Assembly: GCA_037447605.1 (NCBI GenBank) | Contig: CM074810.1 | Coordinates: 248,001-312,000 of the forward strand | Direction: 5' to 3' | From: Zygnema circumcarinatum SAG 698-1b | Taxonomy: Eukaryota; Plantae; Zygnematophyceae | DNA length: 64,000 nt | Shown: piece after piece, positions 54,101-64,000 of the stretch | Layout of the letters: each line of letters starts with the position of its first letter | How positions within the stretch are numbered: the stretch's first letter is position 1 | Notes under the pieces: model-generated | Told to the model about the DNA's origin: nothing | Database searches by the model: none | The model's input: the letters and a program-made list of their open reading frames with translations, nothing else | Program-made: the position numbers and the translations under genes

Positions 54101-55070
54101 GCAGGAGGAAGGTGGGAGAGAGAGAGGAGAGGAGGAAGAAGATGGGGGCGAGAGAGGAGAGGAGGAGGAGAGTGATGAGGAGATGGAAGAGAAGGAGAAA
54201 AGTAAGACTGAAGATGTTCAGAAGACTGAAGGGAGGAGGGGAAGAAAGAGGGATAGGGGAGAGAGAGAGGGAGAGGGAGAGGCTGCGGTAGAGACGAACG
54301 AACCTCGGGAGAAGACAGAAGGAGAGAGTGAGGAGGAGGGAGAGAGTGAGAGAGGAAGAGGAGGAAGGAGAGCCGCAAAGGGGCAGCAAAACAACTCAAA
54401 GGAAATTCGCACTCTCTGTCTCCGTGTATTATCCAAAACTTTATCCGAATTTCCAAATGTTAATTTCGACTCCCGTTATTGCGAAATTTTCTTCCGGGTA
54501 TTGAATCCGGCAATAGAGAGAATCGGACTCGAAGCCAATAGCAGCGCGACACCTGGCGCTCTTCTGGCCTGTTTTTTGGCTTTTAGTAAAAGTCCGAACC
54601 TGGCTCCAAACCTCAGCTTCGATCCGAACCTGATTCCAAACCTAATTTCACTTCTATCGAGCCCCGTGGCGGCGCCACCTGTCATCTCGGCAGTGGTCGA
54701 AATTATGGAGAATCTTCTAGATTTAGATTTTAGAGTTTCGGAGCTGCCCGGGGAGTCGGTCGGGTGGAAAATTTTGTCTCCTTATTTGTCGGAAATGTTG
54801 ACAGGGATCCAAAATTTGCTCTCCATTCGGAGGGAACGACTAAGGTACGTTTTTTAATTTTATTTTGGGCAAATTTTTGAGGTTTTGGGGTTTTAGATTT
54901 GTGGCTTGGGGTTCAGGGTTTAGGTTTAAGGTCAGGGTTTAGGGTTTTAGCATCTAGGATTCATGGTTTTAGGGTTTTAGGGTTTTAGGGTTTTAGGAGA
55001 CACATGTTTTTGAGTTTGGAGCTCTTAAAAACACTCAAAATTCTTTGCTAAAAGTACCCTTACTCTTTTT

Positions 55071-55150
<80 letters not shown>

Positions 55151-56647
55151 TCTCTCTCTCTCTATCATCCTCTCCCCCCCCCCTTCTCCCCACCTCCCTC
55201 CCTGGGATATCCTTAACCCTAACCCTAAATTTCCCAATTCTAATGCAACACTCCCAAATGTCCCCATTTGTATTTTGCCTTTTTTTCATATTTTTTCTGT
55301 TTCCATTGACGCAGTGGGCGCGGCGGGAAGTCGTCTGCGAAGAGAGAGTTGGCCCTGCTGGTCCGCATTAGTCAGCACGTGACTGACCAAAGCATGGCGG
55401 TGCAGCTAACCGAAGTTCTCCTCCCCTTCCTGCGGCCAACCAAGAGGAGAGACGATGGTGGGGCCTCACTCACACCCCTAAAAACCCTAATTTCTAGAAC
55501 CCTACAACACTCTTTACACACTTGAAAAGCTTACGTTTCTAAAATCCAAAACCCTAGTACCCCTAACCGTAACCCTAACCCTAACCCTAGTCCTAATTCT
55601 AAGCCTAATCCTAACCCTAAACCGTACCCTAAACTTAAACCTAACCCTAACGCTAACCCTAGTACCCCTAACTTCAACCCTAACCCTAACCCTAACCCTA
55701 ACCCTAACCCTAACCCTAACCCTAACCCTAACCCTAACCCTAACCCTAATCCTAACACTAACCCTAACCCTAACCCTAACCCTAATCCTAACACTAACCC
55801 TAATCCTAACACTAACCCTAACCCTAACCCTAACCCTAACCCTAACCCTAACCCTAACCCTAATCCTAACCCTAACCCTAATCCTAACCCTAACCCTAAT
55901 CCTAATCCTAACCCTAATCCTAACCCTAACCCTAATCCTAACCCTAACCCTAGTACTTCTAACCCTACCCCTAACCCTAGACCTAGACCTAACCCCAATA
56001 GCCCTGACTTTTACCCTACTAACCCGAACTCTAACCCTAGTACTCCTAATCCTAGACCTAGACTAACCCTCGACCTAGACCTAACCCTCGACCTAGACCT
56101 AACCCTAGACCTAACCCTAGACCTAGACCCAACCCTAGACCTAGACCCAACCCTAGACCTAGACCCAACCCTAGACCTAACCCTAACCCTAGACCTAACC
56201 CTAACCCTAGACCTAACCCTAGACGTAGACCTAACCCTAGACGTAGACCTAACCCTAGCCCTGTGGGGGGTTCAGAAGCGATATTGGAGGTCCTGCGCGT
56301 GGTGCGGCAGTTGGGGCCGTCCCTGGATGTACCGTCCGTACAGCGGTGCGTCCTGTCCTTCGGGCCGCTCCTGGTTGCGCCCTCCCCCAGAACCGTCCGA
56401 ACCGCTCTCTGCCAAGCGCTCGCCGCGCTGGCAATAGCGGACCCCTCCCTCGCATCGCTGGTAAGGATTTTTATTTTAATTTTAATTTTATTTATTTTTA
56501 TGTTTATTGTGGGTATTTGGGGTTTGGGGGGGGGGGAAGGGGAAGGGGAGGAGGGGGGATTTCTTAATTTTTTATGTAATGGGTCTTTTCTAATGTTAAA
56601 TTTATGGGAGTGAGAAAGAGAGGGAGACAGAAAGGGAGATAAAGGGG

Positions 56648-56693
<46 letters not shown>

Positions 56694-59600
56694 GGAGGGG
56701 TAAGAAAGGGTAATAAACACAGAGAAACCGTACTCATGCGGAATTTCAAACACCCTAAGTCCTTTTAGGAAAATTGGTTGACAAAAAAGCACATAAAGTT
56801 GAGATATGTCTAATTTAGTACTGGTCAAAGTCTCAATGGCTTCTTTTTCTAAAGAACATGTTTAGTTTCTGCACCGTATTGGCCGGGCTATGATGGTAAA
56901 TTATATACCCAAGTCGCTGATGCTTTTCGGAGCAGCTGACGATCTTAATAAATCAGTTTGTATTCTCTGAGCCCGGCCAGTAGAGAGATGCCACGTGTCT
57001 TTTTTTTGAAAGAAAGTAAGATTTAAGAGGCGAAGAGGAAAAGAAAAAAAAAAAATTGAGGATATCTCGGAGCCACTTTTGAGTCCCTGAACGACTTTTA
57101 AACCGAAATTTTCAGAAATACCCCAAAACCCTAAGTCCCCCCAAAACCCTAAAAACCCCAAAACCCTAAAACCCCAAAGTTTGAAGTCCCCTATAACGGT
57201 CGGTCCCCGCAGGCCGTCCTCATATCGGACCTCAACGCCATGTCAGCGTTGACCATCGACGAGTTTGACTTTTCCCGGAGACTCGACGCGTACGGACGCA
57301 TTGGCGTTCCGTTATTCCAAACGATGTCGCGTTCCATGCTGTTGCTGTTGCTGGCAACGGCCGTACGAGACATGGAACAGGACGACCTCGCGTTGCGACA
57401 CAGCGGGTCGCACTGCCTCCTTCAGTTCGTTCAGTTCGCAGCAACGCTGCCGATGGAGGACGGAGAACTGAGAGAAGGGAACGGAACGGGGGAGCATGGG
57501 AAGGGCGGAGAGGGGGAGGGAGAGGGGGAGGGGGAGAGGGAGGAGGAGGGGGAGGGGGAGGGGGAGGACGGGGAGGGGGAGGGGGAGAGGGAGGGGAGAG
57601 GGAGGGGAGAGGAGAGGGAGGTGTGGGAGAGGGAGGGGAGAGGGAGGGGAGAGGAGAGGGAGGTGTGGGAGAGGGAGGGGAGAGGGAGGCGACGGAGGAG
57701 GGAGAGAGGAGTGGAGTGAGGAGTCTTGTTACCAAGTTTTTGTTTCCTCACTTCCGAACGGCTGTGGCTTCAGCTAACCATCTGCAGCGGAGGGTACACC
57801 CTAAACCCTAAACGCTAAATTTTAACCCCTAAACCTTTAACCCCAATCCTTCAACCCAAAATCTAATATTATTCAGATTTCCATTTGCAAATTATCGCTG
57901 TATGTTGCCCCAGAAGCCAAAAACTGCTTACTTTCTACTTGACTTTAGCAAGCCCTGCAGACTATTATTAGATCTGCGTTGCTAAACCTAAATTCCTAAA
58001 TATCATAAAACCCTAAAATTCATAATCTGACTCCTCATCCCACCCCCCTCTCCCCCTGTTTTCCCTTTTTTCTTTTTTTCCTTTGTTCCTTTTTTTTCCT
58101 TTCTTACTTTTTTTGGCGCCCTCAGGAGTGGGTCGGTCTGCTCCGTGAAATGGTGGAAAAATTTCCGCACGTGCCAAGTTTTGGCGAATTTTCGGAGCTC
58201 TTAAGCGCCGATCCGGAAGTTGACTTTTTTTTGAACCTCGGGCACCTCCAAGTGCATCGGCGAATCAGAGCGATGGCGCGATTCCGGGCAGCTTGCCGCC
58301 CGGGAAAATTTTCGCAGGTCATAGTCAAGGCCCCTCCCTCCCTCCCTCCCTCCCTCCCTTCCTCCCTCCCTCCCTTCCTCCCTCCCTTTTTGGTTTTGGT
58401 CAGAATGTTTTTCTGAGTAGAAGGGGGAGGGAGGGAGGGAGGGAGGCGGGAGGGGGAGGGGGACGGAGGTAGGAGAGGGGGGAGGGGGGGGGGGAAGGGA
58501 GAGAAGGTGGTGGGGGAGAGGGTGGGTGGGTGGGAAGGGAGAAATGGTAGTGGAAAGAGAGGGAGAGGGGGGGGAGGGAAAGGAAGGGAGAGAGGTAGGG
58601 GGGGAGAGGAGAGACGAGGAGAATGGGAGAGTAGAAGGAGAAGTGGAGGGGCAGGCAGAGGGATAGAAGGTGGTGGGGGAGGGAGACAGTGGAGGGAGGG
58701 AGGATGGCATGCTAGGAAAGGAGGGGGGCAGGAGGGAGTAGGGGAGAGGAGATGAGAGCGAGGGGAGTGGGGCAGAAGGAGAGATGGTAGTGAGGATGGG
58801 AGGGTGGGAAGGGAGGAGTGGTAGGAGGTCGAGATAGCGAGGATTGGAAGTATGGAGGGAGGGGACTGGGGGATGATGGGGAGCAGAAACGACAAAACAC
58901 CCACTTTCTATCCAAAGGTTTTTTTTTGTTGTGTTCGAAAGATTCAGGTTTACCCTATTTTTCTTGCTCATATTTTCTGATGACATAATCTCTGCAGGGT
59001 GCCCTAATGCGAATATTTGTGCCATTATTTGAACCCTCTCTATTTGAGGCGAGGGGAGATAAAGAAGGAAATTTGGTAGAAGCCGGAGTTCAGACTTTAT
59101 CCCATATTTCAAAATGTCTACCTTGGGAACCCTATTTCGGCCTCTCTATGCATTTTTTCCGACTCCTTCACTCAAAAGCAGAGCACCAAAAACCCATTTT
59201 AAGAGTAATGTGTGCTATTCTCGACGAATTTCACTTCTTCGAGGAGGGAGAGGGAGAGGCGGAGAGGGAGAGAGAGGGAGAGGGAGAAAGGAGCATTCCG
59301 GCAGCGATTAAAGGGGGAGAGGGAGGGGGAGAGGGAGAGGGTGAGGGAGAGGGAGAGAGAAGGAGGGGGAGCGTTCCGGCAGCGATTCAAGTGGTTCTTA
59401 GGAAACGAATTCTTCCGGAATTACAAAAATTTATGGTTTCAGAAATGGATGTTGTGAATGCTCCGGTAGCACTCGCTGTAGTTAAAGTACTGTTACTGAT
59501 GCCGGAAGAGATTTTGAACATAGAACTCCCCCGAGTTTTGCAGGGAATCACAAATTTGTTCAAGTCAAGGGGGCAGGGAGTGAGAGACATTGCGAGAGCC

Positions 59601-62600
59601 TCTCTCACACAGGTGGTAGCAGCTTTAGGAGCAAAATATCTTAACTTTACGATAGATGCTCTTCTTTCTTCACTCAAAAAAGGGTTCGAAGTTCACGTTT
59701 TAGGGTACACATTTCACGCAGTTTTGTACAAATTAGTTCCCACTTTACGGGTCGGAGAAATCGACGAATGTTTGGATAAAATACTTGAAATTTTGGAAAA
59801 TGATATTATGGGAGAGGTGGCGGATGAGAGAGAGGTAGAGGCAGTAGCTGCGAGAATGAAGGAAACAAGACATATGCGATCTTATGAGAGCTTCAGATTA
59901 TTAGCTTCAGTAGTACAATTTGAAGAAAGTGCTGGGAATCTTCTTCAACCGGTGAGATCGAATCTGGGCCGTTCGCTTAATCCGAAGATCAAGCTCAAAA
60001 TTGAGGAGATTTTGCGGCATATAAGCATAGGTTTCATCTCAAATCCATCAGCAAAAGCGGAAAATTTGCTGGTTTTTGTTCATTCTGTAGTTCAAGATGG
60101 ACTTCAAGCAGAGAAGGCTCATATTGAAGCTTTAGCAGAGAGAAAAAAGGCGAGGCAGCAAGGCAGGAAGGAGATCAAGTTGGGAGACGAGAGGCCAAGA
60201 GAGGGAGAGAGAGAGAGAGGGGGAGAGGGAGAGGGAGAGGGAGGGGGGGAGGGAGAGGGAGAGGGGGAGAGGGAGAGAGAGACCAGTGGGAGTGGTGCTG
60301 GTCGCAGCGTTCCCAACTCCTACCTTCTCACAGAATTCGCTTTACAAATGCTTCATTCCGAAATGAAGAAGGGGAAAGTTGACTTCAAAGACCCCTTGAT
60401 GCTTTCTATGCTCGACGGAATGGTGGAGCTGTTCCATGCGTGTCTGAATTCAAAAAATGATTCCGTTTTGGCCCTCGCAATGAAATGCCTCTCCGTGCTG
60501 CTCCGTGTTCCGTTGCCGTCCATCGGAAAACTGGGCGACAGTTTAACGGAACGGGCCCTTTCTATGGTGCACAGAGCGGGGGGGGGCGCTGGGGGCACCA
60601 TGCAGGCCTGCCTCCGCATGCTCACTGTCATTATAAGGCACTGCCCAGCTGTTAAGGTAACAACTATCCCCGTTTTATTTAGTCTAGTTTAGTTTTATTC
60701 TATTTTTTCTTTTTTCAATTATAGTGGGCTTTTCTTTAAGGGTGGTTGGGTTCTAGGGTCTTAGGGGTTTTACAGATTTCAGGGTTTTTTTTAGGGCTTG
60801 TGTAGGTTGCTGTCTTACATAGCTTGCTATATCCCATCCATCATAACCAAGAACCTTCCTGAACCCCGAAACCCAAAACCCCAAATAACCAAAAACCCCA
60901 AAAAACCAAAAACCCAAATCCCTGAACCCCAAAAACTAAAAAACCTCCTAAAAAAAAACCGAACCCTCAAACAGAAAGGAGTTTTCTAAAAAGAATTTAA
61001 AAAATAATAAATAAAAAAATAGGTTTTAAATGCAATATTCCCCCCTCCCCCCCCCCTTCAGATCCCCGACCGCCATTTGCGGGCTCTCCTCCAATCAGGA
61101 GTCTTCTCGGACCTCGAAGAGGTGGGCACGCGCGGGACCGCCTTCATGCTGCTCCGTTCCGTTGTCAGTCGGCGCCTGCTCGTGCCGGAACTGTACGACC
61201 TCATGGAACGGGCGGGCGAGCTCCTTGTACGGAGCCAGAGCCCGCACGTGCGGCGGCTCTGCGGCAGCACTCTGCTGACCTTCCTTTTGGACTATCCGTT
61301 GGGGCCCAAAAGGATGCAGCAACATTTGGATTTCTTCGTCACCAATATTCGGTGAGAAACGAGAATGTTAGGGTTTAGGGTTTAGGGTTTAGGGTTTTAG
61401 GGTTTAGGGTTTAGGGTTAAGAGTTTAGGGTTTTAGGGTTTGTTTTGGGGCTTGAGGGGTTTAAGGGTTTTAGGGTTTTAGGGTGTTTTGGGGATTTTGG
61501 GGGTTTGAGGAATTTGGGAGTTTTGGGGGAAGCTTGAGTCCGTTGTTAATAGGAATGTTTGGCGCAGCTCTTGAACCCTCACCCAATACCCCAACTTTCA
61601 AAACCCTATACCCTAATAATGTGCATGTCCTCCTCACCCAGCCCCCCCCCCCCCCNNNNNNNNNNGGGGAGGGAGGTGGAGGAGGGGGAGGGGAGGGGAG
61701 GGAAGGGGGCGGAGGGGAGGGAGGGTTAGGGAATTGCACCCTCCAATCAGCCATTCGTAGTCAAAATTTGGAACCCTAAAACCACTAAGCCTTTGTTCAT
61801 AACCTGAATTTAGTATCTATGATGCTCTTTTTTTATATTCCCCTTGTTTCTTGTTTTTGCAGGTTTTAGGGTTTGCTGTGGAAGTGTTGGGAGCTGCCTC
61901 TGAGCGCCACGTGGACAGTTGGCTGCCCCCCCTCCAAACGATTTTAAAAAAGGCAACCGAAGCAGAAGAAGAATTTTTGGGAGCGGAAAATAATTCCAAA
62001 TTTGTCCCTCTCTGGCAGGAGGCCTACTTCTCTCTCATAGCTATCGAAAAATTGGTTCAGAAAATTCCCAACCTTATATTACAGAAGAGGCTTGAGGTAA
62101 ACAATTTAAAATATTTTTCTGCCCCGTTTTGTTTCTCCCCTTATTCATACATCGTTACTGGACATTTGAATTTGAAAGTTTTAAAATTTGTCACGGTTCT
62201 TTCCTATGCTTTATTTCTTCTTTAACTTTTTTTTTTTTCCCCATTATATTTGCAGGATATATGGGAATCCATAAGCTCCCTTCTCCTTCATCGCCATTTA
62301 TGGGTCCGAAAAGTTTCGTCACGAATTTTAGGTCATTTTTTGTCCAAAGCGGGCCCCTTCGATGCTGCCCGATTCGAAAATAAATTGCAGCAGAAAGATT
62401 TTAAAAGTCTTTTGCATCCGAGCAATTTTTTTCTGCTGACCGCATCCCACTGCCTCTTACTGGAAGCGGACGAACCGGATGAAAAAATTGCAGAACAGAC
62501 CGTGAAAAATCTTTTAGTTCTAGCTCCTGCTCTCCTATCGTTACCTCTGGTAGAGGGAGAGGGAGAGGGGGAGGGAGAGGGGAGAGGGAGAGGATTAGGG

Positions 62601-63367
62601 TTTACAAGGGGTAGGAGGGAGGTAATGGAAGGTTCTAATGGCGTTGAATCGATGAAGATGATTAAAGGGTGTGAGGAGAGAGAGGAGAGAGAGAGAGTTG
62701 TAGCTGCATGGAGGATGTTGGGGGTGGGAGGGAGGCACAGACGAGGTAGTGGGGTGTGGTGGGAGAGAGAGAGGGAGAGGGAGGGAGAGGGAGAGGAAGA
62801 GGAAGAGGACGAGGGAGAGGGAGAGTTGGAGGATGGGGAGGGAGAGGAAGCAGAGCAATCCAAGGAGAGTTTGAATGAAGAGAATGGACACAACGGAGGG
62901 GGAGGGAGGAGGAGGGCGATCACAGAGGGAGAATTAAAAGAGGTCAAAGTTTCGACCAATCCTTTCTTGACAGCTGTTTTTCGTCGGCTCACGAAAACTG
63001 CACTCCGAGTCGAACCAATTCAGGCAGGTTTTAACCTTTTAAAGTTCTAAGTTTTCTGGAATTTCTTTTTAATTTGTCTTTTGTTGATTTTTCCCTGACT
63101 TTTTCATTTCGTCTATCTAAACATGCCAAATTTCTTGAAGTTTGAAGCGTGCTCCTATGCTCACACTCATGTAGCACTGAACTTATGGCAATGAACTTAC
63201 TCCAATGTGGGGCCTCTATTTTGGATGACGTCAGCAGGCACGTGCAGTGCTGAGGTGGCAGGCCGCCATGGCCTCAAAGCTCGGCCCCCAAGTCCTCCCT
63301 TTCCTCCCTCTCCTCCTCCGACCTCTCCTCCTCTTCTCGGAAGGCGCCGCCGGGAAGGTCATCCCCG
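42688..63367 (+). CDS. UTP20: U3 snoRNA-associated protein 20 (SSU processome component, DRIM/HEAT repeats); continues beyond the window
   Basis: Exons 42688-42753, 42992-43114, 43403-43560, 43823-43867, 44253-44331, 44610-44683, 45239-45345, 45715-45897, 46199-46561, 47106-47406, 47615-47689 (or the duplicate pair 48429-48729/48938-49012), 49401-50144, 50353-50602, 51219-51426, 51643-51771, 52003-52186, 52342-52491, 53178-53442, 53568-54844, 55315-55457, 56276-56460, 57213-57793 (1-nt frameshift), 58126-58317, 58998-60656, 61062-61351, [exon(s) missing], 61863-62096, 62256-63023, 63238-63367. Motifs RFVFKSF..RL, WRELNTA.DF, LSLEPIL, REELTTW.L, ADPEVDFFLNL.HLQ.HRR.RA, KGFEVHVLGYT, DIMGEVADERE, KETR..RSYES, QQHLDFFV.N, EG.AGKVI. 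Confidence 0.95.
46562..49196 (+). repeat. Near-identical 1.3-kb tandem duplication (46562-47872 / 47883-49196) inside UTP20, bounded by N gaps
   Basis: Two copies offset by ~1323 nt, each carrying the same 301-nt and 75-nt exons; differences are limited to homopolymer lengths, a 1-nt indel and an internal gap. Probably an assembly artefact. Confidence 0.9.
55555..56260. repeat. Interstitial telomeric array: (CCCTAA)n = TTAGGG type, grading into CCTAGA/CCCTAG variants, inside a UTP20 intron
   Basis: Perfect CCCTAA runs (e.g. ~55677-55745) with CCTAAT/CACTAA variants, then 12-18 nt higher-order CCTAGACCTAAC units to 56260. Confidence 0.95.
61370..61490. repeat. (TTTAGGG)n plant-type telomeric array in a UTP20 intron
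   Basis: Several perfect TTTAGGG units at 61374-61417, then TTTTAGGG variants. Confidence 0.9.
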
Positions 63368-63379
63368 GTGAGGGCGGGG

Positions 63380-63730
63380 GTAGGGTTTAGGGTTTAGGTT
63401 TAGGGTTTAGGGTTTAGGGGGGTAGGGGCGCAGGGGTAAGGGTAGGGGTAGGGATAGGGATAGGAGTAGGGATAGGGGTAGGGGTAGGGGTAGGGGTAGG
63501 GGTGTAGAGTTAAGGGGTGAAGGCTTAACGCCAAGGTTTGGGGGCGGGGGTAGGGGGGTAGGGGTAAGGGTAGGGGGGTAGGGGTAAGGGTAGGGATAGG
63601 GATAGTGATAGGGATAGGGATAGGGATAGGGATAGGGATAGGGATAGGGATAGGGGTAGGAGTAGGGAAAGGGGTGTATGGTTAAGGGTTGAAGGCTTAA
63701 GGCCAAGGTTTGGGTTTAGGGGCTTCATGT
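63380..63730. repeat. TTTAGGG, (TAGGGG)n and (TAGGGA)n arrays with a duplicated ~45-nt spacer in a UTP20 intron
   Basis: Hexamer variants separated by two copies of GGGGTGTA..GTTAAGGG.TGAAGGCTTAA.GCCAAGGTTTGGG (~63500 and ~63671). Confidence 0.85.
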
Positions 63731-64000
63731 TGCAATGGGGGGATGTAGCATTACATGCGCGCATACACATGTCTATGTATGCTTGCATGCATCTATAGGT
63801 GCATACCTATGGGCATGCACGTATCATGTATATGGGCATCCAAGCATGCATGCATTCATAGACACACACGTGCATGCAATCGTGCATTCACATAGGTCTG
63901 TATGGTATCTTGCATGCATTCTCACGTGCATACATAAGACAGGCATGCATGGATTAGGGTTTTTTGACAATCGCAGGGTTTAGGGTTTTAGGCTTTATTC

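Noticed and set aside
55531-56828. Poly-GL ORFs on the minus strand
   Set aside because: Translation of the TTAGGG interstitial telomeric array.

Overview
Eukaryotic, intron-rich, gene-dense nuclear DNA. Plant-type orthologues, GT-AG introns and TTTAGGG telomere-like repeats point to a streptophyte green alga, possibly Zygnematophyceae; this is an inference. It is a draft assembly with nine 10-N gaps. Splicing by hand gives 11 protein-coding genes: MMS19/MET18 (-, runs off the left edge), an intronless F-box/LRR gene (+), a BMT5-like 25S rRNA m3U methyltransferase (+), EAF7/MRGBP (+), a secreted SOUL haem-binding protein (-), ribokinase (+), Shewanella-like phosphatase SLP2 (-), a head-to-head pair of bacterial-type (Acidothermus E1-like, GH5_1) endoglucanases, a small HSP/alpha-crystallin-domain gene whose coding frame is absent from the ORF track (-), and UTP20 (+, runs off the right edge). 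Most ORF-track entries are artefacts of (GA)n/(CT)n/(GGAG)n/telomeric low-complexity DNA. The best leads are: (1) nine perfect CCAAT-N9-CCACG (ERSE-I) elements, six of them in three inverted dyads, all intergenic and co-clustered with GTAC (SBP-type) cores; (2) two intron-bearing E1-like cellulases with extensin-like SP4 linkers, GPI-like tails and a shared Trp-to-Phe change at a normally invariant GH5 position; (3) pervasive telomere-derived arrays inside introns, including a TTAGGG interstitial array and complementary blocks that could fold pre-mRNA. A pogo/Tigger-like MITE lies in the cellulase bidirectional promoter. No tRNA, rRNA or CRISPR features were seen.
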